Of a stretch of DNA of 64,000 nucleotides, positions 38,777-48,643 are shown one piece after another. Origin of the DNA: Pirellulales bacterium. GTDB lineage: Bacteria; Planctomycetota; Planctomycetia; Pirellulales; JAEUIK01. The stretch covers positions 8,433-72,432 of the forward strand of contig JAIESQ010000011.1 in the NCBI GenBank assembly GCA_019745975.1, in the 5' to 3' direction. Both the position numbers and the translations under genes were made by a program. Below the pieces are notes generated by a model that saw only the letters and a program-made list of their open reading frames with translations, did not search any database and was not told where the DNA came from. Position 1 is the first letter of the stretch. Every line of letters starts with the position of its first letter.

Positions 38777-40285
38777 TCAAGCCAGCAGCTCGTGTCGCAC
38801 GCGCCCTTCGCCACCGATCGCGACCGGGCGCCCCAAGCGGTCGGCGATCGTGGCCTCGGGGTCGATCCCCAGCAAGTGGTACATCGTCGCCAGCAAGTCC
38901 TTGGGCGAAAGGGGGGTATCGACGACCGAGCCGGCGATGCGATCGGTTCGCCCCACGACTTTGCCGCGCGCGATGCCGGCGCCCGCGGCGATCGACGAAT
39001 AGGCCTGGGCCCAGTGGCCGCGGCCTCCACCGGCGGCGTCGCGTTCGAGCTTGGGGGTGCGGCCATGTTCGGTCGTGCAGACGATGAGCGTATCGTCGAG
39101 CATGCCGCGATCTTCCAGGTCCAAGATGAGCGAACTGAACGCCCGGTCGAACCCGGGGCACAGTTGCTCGCGCATCAGTTCGTAGTGGTAGTAATGCGTG
39201 TCCCAGGCACTGTTGACCAGTTGGAATTCGTCCCACAACACGGTGACAAATTGCGCGCCGGCCTCGAGCAACCGCCGGGCCACAAGCGTCGACTGCCCGA
39301 AGAGCGTGTGGCCATACTTGGCCCGCAGTGGTTCCGGTTCGCGCTCGATGTCGAGCGCGTCGCGCAAGGTGCTGGTCGTCAGGTAAGAATAGGCCTGCGT
39401 GCGGAAATGATCGAAGGAGCGCGAGGCTTTCTTGTCGTCGAGCGCGCGGCGCGCGGCGTCGAATTGTTCGACCAGGGCCCGGCGGCGATTCAAACGGTCG
39501 AGCGTTAGTCCACCAGGCAGGCTGGCATCGGCGGCCAAGGTGAAGCGATAGCCGGGCGCCAGCGGGCCATAAGGATCGCGGCAGGTGATCGTGTCGGGGC
39601 CGAACGTGTACGTCGAAGTGCGGGTGCCTTCGCCGCGGAAGTCGGTCCAGAGCGGGTCATAGGCCGTGCCCAGCCAGGCGCCGTACGGCCCCGCGTTGTC
39701 GCCCGCCGCATAAGCGCGGCGCGAGCTGAGCCGCCAGGGGAGCGCTACATTACGGGCAATCGGCGCGGCGGGCTCGCCTCGTTGATCGGCCAGGTAGTCG
39801 ACGACCGAACCAATGAAGGGCCAATGTCGTGGATCGCGCGGGCTCATCTGCAACGGCACGTCGATTGTGGGGATCGACGTCAGCGTGAAAGCCGACGCGT
39901 GCAGCGGATACGGATGGGTCATCGATCGCACGATGGTGGTGCGATCGATCACCTGGGCCGTGAGCGGGAGCAACTCGCCGATCTGCACGCCCGGCACGTT
40001 GGTCGGGATCGCTCCCAGTTCGCCACGCACCTCGGCCGGCGCGTCGGGCTTGGGATCGAACGTTTCGAGTTGGCTGGCGGCGCCGTAGAGATACAGGAAG
40101 ATGCAGCGCTTGGCTTTGCCAAAGGTGCCGGCGCCTGTTGCGGGTGCGGCAGCCGCCGCCGCGGGGAGCGCCGAGGCCAGCGCGCCAGCGCCCAGGCCCA
40201 ACAACCCGAGACTGCCCGCCTGGAGCACGTCGCGGCGCGTGAGCCCGTCGCAGAGCCGGCGGCGATTGCCCAAAATGCGCAGCAT
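38777..40285 (-). CDS. DUF1501 domain protein (Tat signal)
   Basis: CDGLTRRDVL, SQLETFDPKP, WDTH, EHGRTP, GRGHW. Confidence 0.93.
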   Translation of the reverse strand: MLRILGNRRRLCDGLTRRDVLQAGSLGLLGLGAGALASALPAAAAAAPATGAGTFGKAKRCIFLYLYGAASQLETFDPKPDAPAEVRGELGAIPTNVPGVQIGELLPLTAQVIDRTTIVRSMTHPYPLHASAFTLTSIPTIDVPLQMSPRDPRHWPFIGSVVDYLADQRGEPAAPIARNVALPWRLSSRRAYAAGDNAGPYGAWLGTAYDPLWTDFRGEGTRTSTYTFGPDTITCRDPYGPLAPGYRFTLAADASLPGGLTLDRLNRRRALVEQFDAARRALDDKKASRSFDHFRTQAYSYLTTSTLRDALDIEREPEPLRAKYGHTLFGQSTLVARRLLEAGAQFVTVLWDEFQLVNSAWDTHYYHYELMREQLCPGFDRAFSSLILDLEDRGMLDDTLIVCTTEHGRTPKLERDAAGGGRGHWAQAYSSIAAGAGIARGKVVGRTDRIAGSVVDTPLSPKDLLATMYHLLGIDPEATIADRLGRPVAIGGEGRVRHELLA

Positions 40286-40404
40286 GGAGCCCTCGCGGAG
40301 CGGGTGCACTTACCGGCATTAGCGTACCAACCTCGCCGCCGGCGAGGCAAGAAATCCCGCGGCAGGCGCGGCAGGCTCAGGAGAACCGCGAAGTAAGAGT
40401 ACCA

Positions 40405-40485
40405 GGGGGACAGGTACATGTTTTCGGCCGACGTGAGTTGGCAAGGTCTGACCTGGGTGAGCCGAAAAATGTACCAGTCCCCGAC
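40405..40485. repeat. Family C palindromic repeat, intact copy
   Basis: GGGGGACAGGTACATGTTTTCGGCCGACGTGAGTTGGCAAGG...GAGCCGAAAAATGTACCAGTCCCCGAC. Confidence 0.9.
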
Positions 40486-40572
40486 GATGCATCGGGCGAA
40501 TGAGCCGTTCGCCCGCTAGACTGAACTGAGCAGGTAGCTTGCTTCAGGGTACTTCCACGCGGGGCTACAGCG

Positions 40573-41946
40573 TTGACGCCCGACGACATCAACACGGGCG
40601 CTCGCACGGTCGCCCATCTGGCGGCCTACTTCGCTGAGCGCAAAGAGATCGCTCGCGAGATGCTGGCCACATTGCGGGCCAGTGAGCGGGGTTTTTTCAC
40701 CCCGAGCGAAGATGAAGCAGTGCGACGGCTGCTGGTCAGCTACACGCTGGCGCGCAACGCGCTCTTGGATCTGGTGCTTTCGCTGCGCACCGCGACCGAC
40801 GTGCCGGCCGAGCTGCGGCCGGGGGCGTTCCTGGTTGGCTATGCGGCGGCGGTGCTGCTGGTCGACGGGGCGCGATTCTTGCGAGATGCCGTGCATCGCC
40901 GGCCAATCGTGCGCCGTAAATTGAACGAAGCGGAGCCGCACTTCGGCATTCCCGCCGGCACGTACGAAGCCGTGCAGAAATCGCTCACCAGCCCCAAGCA
41001 TGCCTGGCATCTGTATCACGCTCGGCAGTTCTTCACCGACTATGAAGCGGACTTGCGCACGGCCGCGGCCGGCGACCCCGCGCTAACCGCCTGCCTGCAG
41101 GTGATCGAGTCCCAGCAACAAACGCTTGACGTGGCGCCGATGCGCTATGCCCGAGCGCGGCTGCGCGTGCGCGTGGGGCGCGGCGTGCGGCGGCTGCGCG
41201 ACGATCTGCTGGGTCAGGCTATTTATGGCGTGCAGAAGCTGGCGTCGTGCCTGGTGTCCGATGTGTCGACGCGTCCGGGGCATCGGCCCGGTTTGCCCAC
41301 CGCCGTGGCAGCCCAACTGCGCGATCTGGCCCGGCCGGGCGACGTGTTCGTCACCCGCAAGGAGCACGCGGCCACGAACTACTTTCTGCCTGGCTTCTGG
41401 CCGCATGCGGCGCTCTACCTGGGCGACGCGCCGGCGCTGGCGGGCTTGGGAATAGACGCCCACGAACATGTGGTGCCGCGCTGGTCGCAACTCCTCGCGC
41501 CACCGGGCGCCGAACCAAGTCGCGTGCTCGAGGCGTTGAAGGACGGTGTGCGGATTCGTTCGGTTGAGTCACCGCTGGGCTCCGACGCGGTGACGTTGCT
41601 GCGCCCGCGATTGGAGCGCGAGGCCATCGCGGCGGCACTGGCCCGCGGGCTGTTCCACGAGGGAAAGCCGTACGACTTCGACTTCGATTTCAGCCGCAGC
41701 GACCGGCTGGTGTGTACCGAAGTGGTCTATCGCTCGTACGAAGGGATCGGCGACGTGCGGTTCGAGCTGACGCGCCGCGCGGGGCGCTGGACGCTGTCGG
41801 CCGAAGACCTGCTGGCCATGGCCCTGGAGCGGCGGCACTTCGAGCCGGTGGCGGTCTATGCGCCGCGGCATGCGGATGAGCTGGCGACGGGCCCCGCGGC
41901 GGACGACGCATTACGGGCAACGTGCGCGAGCCGCGAGGGAAGTTGA
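40573..41946 (+). CDS. Permuted NlpC/P60 (YiiX/YebB-like) papain-like protein
   Basis: PGD...PGFWPHAALY (His first) and YDFDF...LVCTEVV (Cys last). Confidence 0.8.
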   Translation: MTPDDINTGARTVAHLAAYFAERKEIAREMLATLRASERGFFTPSEDEAVRRLLVSYTLARNALLDLVLSLRTATDVPAELRPGAFLVGYAAAVLLVDGARFLRDAVHRRPIVRRKLNEAEPHFGIPAGTYEAVQKSLTSPKHAWHLYHARQFFTDYEADLRTAAAGDPALTACLQVIESQQQTLDVAPMRYARARLRVRVGRGVRRLRDDLLGQAIYGVQKLASCLVSDVSTRPGHRPGLPTAVAAQLRDLARPGDVFVTRKEHAATNYFLPGFWPHAALYLGDAPALAGLGIDAHEHVVPRWSQLLAPPGAEPSRVLEALKDGVRIRSVESPLGSDAVTLLRPRLEREAIAAALARGLFHEGKPYDFDFDFSRSDRLVCTEVVYRSYEGIGDVRFELTRRAGRWTLSAEDLLAMALERRHFEPVAVYAPRHADELATGPAADDALRATCASREGS

Positions 41947-41958
41947 TCGCCGCGCAAG

Positions 41959-41988
41959 GTAGCGCGCGGGATAAATCCCGCGGCTAAC
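41959..41988. repeat. REP family A palindrome
   Basis: GTAGCGCGCGGGATAAATCCCGCGGCTAAC between convergent genes. Confidence 0.8.
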
Positions 41989-42020
41989 AGGGCGTATCCG
42001 CCGTTTGTGAGTTCAAGCCC

Positions 42021-43298
42021 TCAGCCGCCGTTGCGCTGCGCGGCGGCGAGCTGTTCGCCTTCGAGAAAATGCTCGACGCCGTCGGCCTTGGCGATCACGG
42101 TCACGCCCCCCTCGCTGATCGTGAAGCCGCGGGCGCGGTCGAGGTCGGGGTCGTAGCCGATTTCGATCCCCGGCGGAATGTGCACTCCCTTGTCGATGAT
42201 CGCCCGGCGAATCTTGGCGTGCCGGCCGATGTCGACACTGTCGAACAGGATCGACTCCTCGACGCGGGCGTAGCTGTTGATCCGCGCATTGGCGCCGACG
42301 ATCGAGCGGTTCACGCGCCCGCCCGAGACGATCGAACCCTGGCAAACGATGCTATCGAGTGCCTGACCGCGACGGCCATTGGACCCCTCCTCGGCGAAGA
42401 CGAACTTCGGCGGCGGGTAATTGGGGTGATAGGTCCGCAGCGGCCAGCGTTCGTCGTAGATGTTCAGTTGCGGATCGACCTGCACCAGGTCGAGGTTGGC
42501 CTCGTAGTAGGCGTCGAGCGTGCCGACGTCGCGCCAATAAGCATCGGCCTTGCGGTTTTCGTCGCGGAAGGGGAACGCGTAAACGCGGTGCGTGTCGATG
42601 ATCGAGGGGACGATGTCGCGGCCGAAATCGTGCGAGCTGTTGGCACGCGTGGCGTCGAGGCACAACTGCTCGAACAAGAACCGCGCCGTCACCACGTAAA
42701 TGCCCATCGAGGCCAGACAGAAATCGGGCTCTCCAGGAATCTCCTTGGGCTTGGCGGGCTTTTCTTCAAAGCCCTGCAGCCGGAAGTTGCGATCGACTTC
42801 CATCACGCCGAACTGGAAGGCGGCCTCGTCGGTTTTGACGCGCAGCGCGCCGACCGTCATGTCGGCACCCGCTTCCTTGTGCCATTTGACCATGTCGCCG
42901 TAGTTCATCTTGTAGATATGGTCGCCGGCGAGGATCACCAGGTATTCGGCGCGTTCCTTTTCGATGGTGTAGATGTTCTGGTACACGGCGTCGGCCGTGC
43001 CGCGGTACCAATGCTCGTCGATGCGCTGCTGGGGCGGCACGACGTCGATAAACTCCCCCAGCTCGCGGCAAAACAGGTTGCGCCAGCCAAGGTTGATGTG
43101 CCGGTCAAGGCTCATCGCCTTGTACTGCGTCAGACAGAGAATCTTGCGGATGCCGCTGTTGATGCAGTTTGAGAGGGCAAAGTCGACGATGCGGTAGGCG
43201 CCGCCAAAGGGAACCGCCGGCTTGGCACGATCGCGCGTCAGTGGCTCCAACCGCGATCCCTTGCCTCCGGCCAACACCACCGCCAACGAATCTTGCAT
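42021..43298 (-). CDS. glgC: Glucose-1-phosphate adenylyltransferase
   Basis: LAGGKGSRL, RAKPAVPFGG, GTADAV, GDHIYKM, ASMGIY, YWRDVGT. Confidence 0.97.
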   Translation of the reverse strand: MQDSLAVVLAGGKGSRLEPLTRDRAKPAVPFGGAYRIVDFALSNCINSGIRKILCLTQYKAMSLDRHINLGWRNLFCRELGEFIDVVPPQQRIDEHWYRGTADAVYQNIYTIEKERAEYLVILAGDHIYKMNYGDMVKWHKEAGADMTVGALRVKTDEAAFQFGVMEVDRNFRLQGFEEKPAKPKEIPGEPDFCLASMGIYVVTARFLFEQLCLDATRANSSHDFGRDIVPSIIDTHRVYAFPFRDENRKADAYWRDVGTLDAYYEANLDLVQVDPQLNIYDERWPLRTYHPNYPPPKFVFAEEGSNGRRGQALDSIVCQGSIVSGGRVNRSIVGANARINSYARVEESILFDSVDIGRHAKIRRAIIDKGVHIPPGIEIGYDPDLDRARGFTISEGGVTVIAKADGVEHFLEGEQLAAAQRNGG

Positions 43299-43392
43299 CG
43301 AACGATCTCCGAGTTGCTGCGACCAGCATGCCCTCAGTGAAAGAAGAGCGCATTTTACCCGTCTTTCGCCAAATGCGCAACGGGAACTAAAG

Positions 43393-45345
43393 CTAAGCGT
43401 CGCAGCGCTGGAGGCCGGCGGCACTGGCCGGAGCCTGATCAAGCCAGCGTCGCTGCCAGGCCTCGAACATCACGAGCGCCCACAGTCGATGGCTGTGTTC
43501 GGCCAAGCCCGACTGATGTTCGTCCCAAATCTTGCGGACGATCTCGGGGCGGAAATAACCCCGAGCGGCCGCCGTGGCACCCAATAAGAAATCGGCTGCC
43601 AAGTCGCGCAACTCGTGCCGAAACCAGTGGTCCAAGGGGACTCCGAATCCCATTTTCGGGCGGCTAAGCACTGCGGGAGGAAGCAGATGGCCGAATGTCT
43701 CCCGCAAGACCCGTTTTCTGCGGAAAAACCGATATTTAAGTGCGATTGGCATGCTGGCCGCCAGCTCGACGACGCGATAGTCGAGGATTGGCGCGCGGCA
43801 CTCCAGCCCATGCGCCATCGACGCCAAATCGACCTTGGTCATCAAGTCGCAGGGGAGGTACGTGACCAGGTCGGTCAGGCTGGCGGCGGTTACCGCGTCG
43901 CGCGCGGCCAGCGTGCGCCAGGTGTCGCGGATGAAGTCGCCAGGATCGTCGTCGGGCAATGTAGTCAGAAACTCGTCGGTGTAGAGTTCCGCGCGCAGCG
44001 GCTCGGGGAAGATGCCGACCCAGTCGATGAAGCGATCGGCGGGCGGGCGGGCGAGGCCGGCGGTGAACCTCCGCAGACGCCGCGATAACGACCGCTGCCG
44101 ACCATCGGCCGGTAAGCGCTGCCACAAACGGTTCGTGGCCACGGCCCGCAGCGGCGGGATGCGGTCGAAGGTGTCGGACAACGCCACGGCATCGTAGCGG
44201 TTGTAGCCGGCGAACAGCTCGTCGCCGCCGTCGCCGGTGAGCGCCACGGTGACGTGTTCGCGCGAGAGCTTCGACACGTACCAGGTGGGAATCGCCGACG
44301 CATCGGCAAACGGCTCGTCGTACAGCCAGGCGAGCTGGTCAAGGATGGCGACCGCGTCGGGCTCGACGCGGAATTCGTGATGCTCGGTCCCCAGGTGTGC
44401 GGCGACCTGGCGGGCGAACGAGGTTTCGTCGTACGCCGCGACGGGAAAGCCGATCGAGAAGGTTTTGACCGGCTCGTGCCCTAGTTTCTTCATCAAAGCG
44501 ACGACGATCGACGAATCGATTCCACCCGAGAGGAACGCTCCCAAGGGGACGTCGGACTGCAAACGCAGCTCGACTGCCGAGGTGAGCAGTTCGGCGAGTT
44601 GGCGGCGATACTCACTGGCGGGGCGCGGTTGTTCGACGGCGAACTGGGGTCGCCAGTAGCGCTCGACCTGCAATCTTCCGTCGCGCCAAATAGCAAAATG
44701 CCCCGGCGGCAGCTTGTGGATGCCGCGGTAAATCGTGTGCGGATGCGGCACGTACTGATAGGCCAGGTAGCTATCGAGCGCATGCGGGTTCAGTTCGCGT
44801 GGCACGCCCGGCACGGCCAGCAGGCTTTTGAGCTCGCTGGCAAAGAGCAACCGCTGGTGCTCGGCGCGATAGACGAGCGGCTTCTTGCCTAGTCGATCAC
44901 GGGCCAAGAGCAAGGTGCCCTGGCGCGCGTCCCAGATGGCCAATGCGAACATGCCGTTAAGGTGACCGAGGAACTCGGGGCCCTCGTCCTCGTAGAGGTG
45001 CACGAGCACTTCGGTGTCGCTGTGCGTGCGAAAGGTGTGGCCGGCTGCTTCGAGCCGCTGCCGCAGTGCGCGGAAGTTGTAGATCTCTCCGTTGAAGGTG
45101 ACCCAGACCGTGTCGTCTTCGTTCGACAGTGGCTGCTGGCCGCTGGCCACGTCGATAATCGACAGCCGGCGATGCCCTAGCGCGACGTGCACTCCATGGG
45201 CAGCAACCGGCCGGGCGACGTGCGAACTATAGAATCCGCGGCCGTCGGGCCCACGATGGGCCAAGAGATCGGTCATCTGTTCGAGCGTCGCTTGCTCAAT
45301 GGGCGGAGCGTCCGCGGTCCAGATTGCGCCGGCGATTCCGCACAT
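43393..45345 (-). CDS. asnB: Asparagine synthase (glutamine-hydrolysing) family amidotransferase
   Basis: MCGIAG, HRRLSIID, NGEIYN, LSGGIDSS, GDGGDELFAGY. Confidence 0.93.
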   Translation of the reverse strand: MCGIAGAIWTADAPPIEQATLEQMTDLLAHRGPDGRGFYSSHVARPVAAHGVHVALGHRRLSIIDVASGQQPLSNEDDTVWVTFNGEIYNFRALRQRLEAAGHTFRTHSDTEVLVHLYEDEGPEFLGHLNGMFALAIWDARQGTLLLARDRLGKKPLVYRAEHQRLLFASELKSLLAVPGVPRELNPHALDSYLAYQYVPHPHTIYRGIHKLPPGHFAIWRDGRLQVERYWRPQFAVEQPRPASEYRRQLAELLTSAVELRLQSDVPLGAFLSGGIDSSIVVALMKKLGHEPVKTFSIGFPVAAYDETSFARQVAAHLGTEHHEFRVEPDAVAILDQLAWLYDEPFADASAIPTWYVSKLSREHVTVALTGDGGDELFAGYNRYDAVALSDTFDRIPPLRAVATNRLWQRLPADGRQRSLSRRLRRFTAGLARPPADRFIDWVGIFPEPLRAELYTDEFLTTLPDDDPGDFIRDTWRTLAARDAVTAASLTDLVTYLPCDLMTKVDLASMAHGLECRAPILDYRVVELAASMPIALKYRFFRRKRVLRETFGHLLPPAVLSRPKMGFGVPLDHWFRHELRDLAADFLLGATAAARGYFRPEIVRKIWDEHQSGLAEHSHRLWALVMFEAWQRRWLDQAPASAAGLQRCDA

Positions 45346-45473
45346 CGATCTTGCCGCTCGAAGTTGGTGAAACAGGACTGGTGGCCAAGGCCAGACGCGC
45401 TTTACGCATCGCAACCAACTGGGTCACTCTGCTCGGGTCTTCGAATCGATCGGAGTATTGGTGGCAGGTATTG

Positions 45474-45755
45474 GCCGCGCAGCGGCCGCTGCGTTTAGCC
45501 GTGGGTGCTAACCCACGGACTCGTTGCGTTCGATACCAACCAAGCCGCGCAGCGGCGACATCGTCGTCGTCCTGCTCCACGGAACAGTGCCATCACTCCA
45601 GTGTCGTCACGTCTGCACGTGCCTGATGCAACGTGTGAATGCGTTCATAAGACCGTGCTCCCCAATTGTATGTCGCCGCTGCGCGGCTACCGATCTTTTT
45701 GATACGTTTCCCGTGGGCTGGCGCCCACGGCTAAGCGCCGCCGCCGCTGCGCGGC
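45474..45755. repeat. Large symmetric REPIN/MITE-like element
   Basis: GCCGCGCAGCGGC - TAGCCGTGGG..CCCACGG - AGCCGCGCAGCGGCGACAT mirrored by ATGTCGCCGCTGCGCGGCT - CCGTGGG..CCCACGGCTA - GCCGCTGCGCGGC. Confidence 0.85.
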
Positions 45756-45845
45756 GAAGTCGAGAGGCACTTGCGGCAGCCGCGGGCTCAAATACTTCCC
45801 TCTCCCCTTGTGGCTTGTGCGAGAGGGGTCGGGGGTGAGGGTTAC

Positions 45846-46712
45846 TTACGGCAGCCGCGGGGCCCTGCGGGTGATCGCGATCACGTCATCGAGCAAATGG
45901 CCGTTGGTGGCCACCCCTTCGCGGCCATGGATCGTCGGCTCGCCCAGCCAGTTGGTGAAGGTGCCGCCGGCTTCCTCGAGGATCGGCTGCAAGGCGGCGG
46001 CGTCCCAGACGTTCATCGCCGGGTCGACCATGACTTCGGCACGGCCCGTTGCCACGAGCAGGTAGCCGTAGCAATCGCCCCAAGTACGCGAAATGCGAGT
46101 GGCGGCGTCGAGCGCTTCGTATGCTTCGCCGCGGCCGAACTTGTCGAAATCCTTAACGGCGGTCGTCAAGAACAAGGCCTGGCTCATCTGCCGGCAATCG
46201 GACACGTGGGCCCGCTTTGGCGACTCCTGCCCACGCACGGCCCAGGCCCCTTGCCCTCGGACAGCGTAGACATGTTCATCGAGCCCCGGCAGCAGCACGA
46301 CGCCGATGACGCTGCGGCCTGCGTGCTCGACGCCGATCATCGTGCCATAGAACGGCACTCCATGCACAAACGACTTGGTGCCGTCGATCGGGTCCAATAT
46401 CCAGCGGAAGCCCGAGGTGCCGTCGACCGAGTCGAATTCCTCGCCGAGGACGGCGTCGTCGGGAAAGCTGGCGGCGATGCGGCGGCGCAAGTGCTGCTCG
46501 GCCTCGCGGTCGGCCACGGTGACCGGGGAAGCGTCGGCCTTCAGCTCGACCTGGTAGTTGTCTTGCCGGAAGTAACGCAGGGTGATGGCGGCGGCTTCCT
46601 GGCCGGCCGATAAGACGAGGTCGAGTCGCTGGGCCAGATCGGCGGCTGAGGGCTCGCTTGAAGTAGTTGCCGCGGGCGTGGCGGATGCCGATGTACTGGG
46701 TGGTTTGGTCAT
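45846..46712 (-). CDS. hisN: Histidinol-phosphatase (inositol monophosphatase family)
   Basis: SPVTVADREAE, GEE, WILDPIDGTKSF, WGDCYGY, WDAAAL. Confidence 0.85.
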   Translation of the reverse strand: MTKPPSTSASATPAATTSSEPSAADLAQRLDLVLSAGQEAAAITLRYFRQDNYQVELKADASPVTVADREAEQHLRRRIAASFPDDAVLGEEFDSVDGTSGFRWILDPIDGTKSFVHGVPFYGTMIGVEHAGRSVIGVVLLPGLDEHVYAVRGQGAWAVRGQESPKRAHVSDCRQMSQALFLTTAVKDFDKFGRGEAYEALDAATRISRTWGDCYGYLLVATGRAEVMVDPAMNVWDAAALQPILEEAGGTFTNWLGEPTIHGREGVATNGHLLDDVIAITRRAPRLP

Positions 46713-46752
46713 GCGTTGCAAGGTAGCGGGCGGAGCGGGAATTTCCAAGGAG

Positions 46753-47574
46753 CTACGTGCGCTTCGGAAGGCGCGTATCCCGCATGCGCCTTGCCTCGTA
46801 GAACAGCACCGCCGCGGTGGCTGACACATTCAAGCTGTCTGCCGCGCCGTGCATTGGCAGCCGGATCGCCTGCACGTCGGGCGCGAGCCAATCGGCCGTC
46901 AGACCGGTCGCTTCGCTCCCCAGCACAATCGCCGTGGGGCGCATAAAATCGGCCTGGTGATACAGCAACTCGGCGTCGGGACGCGCGCCGTAGATCGTCA
47001 AGCCCTGCGCGCGCAGCCAGGCGAGCGTTTCGGCGCCCGTGGCCGCGGCGATCGGCACGGTAAACAGCGTACCCAGGCTGGTGCGGATGGTGTTGGGGTT
47101 GAACAGATCGGTTCCGCCGTTGGCGACAATCACCGCCGAGACTCCCGCGCCGTCGGCGCTACGCAACACGGCGCCGACGTTGCCGGGTTTCTCAATGCCG
47201 ACGAGCACCGCCACGAGCGGATCGGCCGGCAATTTCAAAGCGCTCAGCGGCTGCTCGCGCATACGGGCGATGGCGACGATGCCTTCGTGCCGGGCGCCGA
47301 ACGCGACCTTGGCGAAGATGTCGCGATCGACCTGCCAGAGGGGCACATCGGCGGCTTCGAGCCGGGCGGACAGCGCCCGCGCTAAGTCGTCGGCCAGCAG
47401 TTCTTCGCAGACGAAGGCTTCGAGAAACTCGGCGCCGCCGGCAAGCGCACGGCTGATCTCGCGGACACCATCGATCGTGTAGCGGCCTTGCTCAGCTCGG
47501 TCGCGCGCATGGTGCAGCCGGACGGCTTGCTTGACGCGCTCGTTCTGCCGGCTGGTGATGCGACGATCGGGCAT
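46753..47574 (-). CDS. TrmH/SpoU-family RNA methyltransferase
   Basis: EKPGNVGAVLRSAD, GSEATGL, DSLNVS. Confidence 0.92.
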   Translation of the reverse strand: MPDRRITSRQNERVKQAVRLHHARDRAEQGRYTIDGVREISRALAGGAEFLEAFVCEELLADDLARALSARLEAADVPLWQVDRDIFAKVAFGARHEGIVAIARMREQPLSALKLPADPLVAVLVGIEKPGNVGAVLRSADGAGVSAVIVANGGTDLFNPNTIRTSLGTLFTVPIAAATGAETLAWLRAQGLTIYGARPDAELLYHQADFMRPTAIVLGSEATGLTADWLAPDVQAIRLPMHGAADSLNVSATAAVLFYEARRMRDTRLPKRT

Positions 47575-47595
47575 GGGTACTTGGAAAACACAATT

Positions 47596-47626
47596 GTTAG
47601 CCGCGGAGCTTGCTCCGCGCGCTAGC
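47596..47626. repeat. REP family A palindrome
   Basis: GTTAGCCGCGGAGCTTGCTCCGCGCGCTAGC; inverted copy at 48600-48630. Confidence 0.9.
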
Positions 47627-47636
47627 GAGTGCGGCG

Positions 47637-48578
47637 CTACTTCCCCGTCCAGCGCACGCAGACGCCGCTGGGGAGCGTCTCGCCGGTCGCGGCCTTGATC
47701 TCCATGTCGATGGTCTGCGTCGGCCGCCAGCCCGTGGCTTGCTCGAACCACGCAGCGAGTTGTTCGCAGGTTACGCCCGTCGTGTGACAAGTTAGTAGCA
47801 TGAACGCCCGCTCGGGGTCGAGCAACTGCCGGCAGGCGGCCAGCAATTCTGGCAGGTCGCGCTGGAATCGCCAATCGTTTAATACACTACGGGGCCCTTT
47901 GATGCCGTGCCCGTAGCTCGGTGGATCGAGCACGATGCCCTCGTAGCGACGCCTGCGGCGCAGCTCGCGCCGCACGAACGTCCGGGCGTCGTCGACGAGC
48001 CAGCGGATCGGTGCTGACGACAAACCGGAGAGCTCGGAATTGCGCCGCGCCCATTGGACAACGGGCCGCGCGGCGTCGACTTGCGCGACTTCGGCGCCTG
48101 CCGCGGCGGCAGACAAGGTACTGGCCCCCGAGTAAGCGAAGAGATTGAGCACGCGCGGCGGATCGAGGTTTCTCGTGTAGTGATCGGCGGCAAGTCGCGC
48201 GACCTGCTGGTCAATCCACTGCCAGTTGTCGGCCTGCTCGGGAAACAGACCCACCTGCCCCGAGTCGGTCAGGCGCAGTTCAAACGTCAACTGGCCGATA
48301 GTGACGTTCCAGGTTACCGGTCCGGCGACTGGCGAACCGTCGCCGCGCACCCAACGGCCAGACGACGACTCCGACTGGCGCTGATAGACAAAGTCGGCAC
48401 GACTCGACAAGCCAGCAGTGGCGCCGGTTGAATGCGTCGCTCGCCCCCGAGGATCGGTGAACATCGCCGGCCGGTCGACGACGTACTTGCCGAAGCGTTC
48501 CCGCTTGCGACCGCCGCCGACGTCGACAAGCTCATAATCACCAGGCAACTCGGCGATGGCGGCAGTTCCAATTCGCAA
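47637..48578 (-). CDS. Class I SAM-dependent methyltransferase (RlmI/RlmK-like)
   Basis: YELVD.G.G.K.ERFG, GLFPEQ, VLNLFAYSG, LDPPSYG. Confidence 0.88.
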   Translation of the reverse strand: MRIGTAAIAELPGDYELVDVGGGRKRERFGKYVVDRPAMFTDPRGRATHSTGATAGLSSRADFVYQRQSESSSGRWVRGDGSPVAGPVTWNVTIGQLTFELRLTDSGQVGLFPEQADNWQWIDQQVARLAADHYTRNLDPPRVLNLFAYSGASTLSAAAAGAEVAQVDAARPVVQWARRNSELSGLSSAPIRWLVDDARTFVRRELRRRRRYEGIVLDPPSYGHGIKGPRSVLNDWRFQRDLPELLAACRQLLDPERAFMLLTCHTTGVTCEQLAAWFEQATGWRPTQTIDMEIKAATGETLPSGVCVRWTGK

Positions 48579-48599
48579 AGTGTGTACAACGTCGAGCGA

Positions 48600-48630
48600 G
48601 CTAGCGCGCGGAGCAAGCTCCGCGGCTTAC
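48600..48630. repeat. REP family A palindrome (inverted)
   Basis: GCTAGCGCGCGGAGCAAGCTCCGCGGCTTAC. Confidence 0.9.
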
Positions 48631-48643
48631 GATGCCAAGTTCG

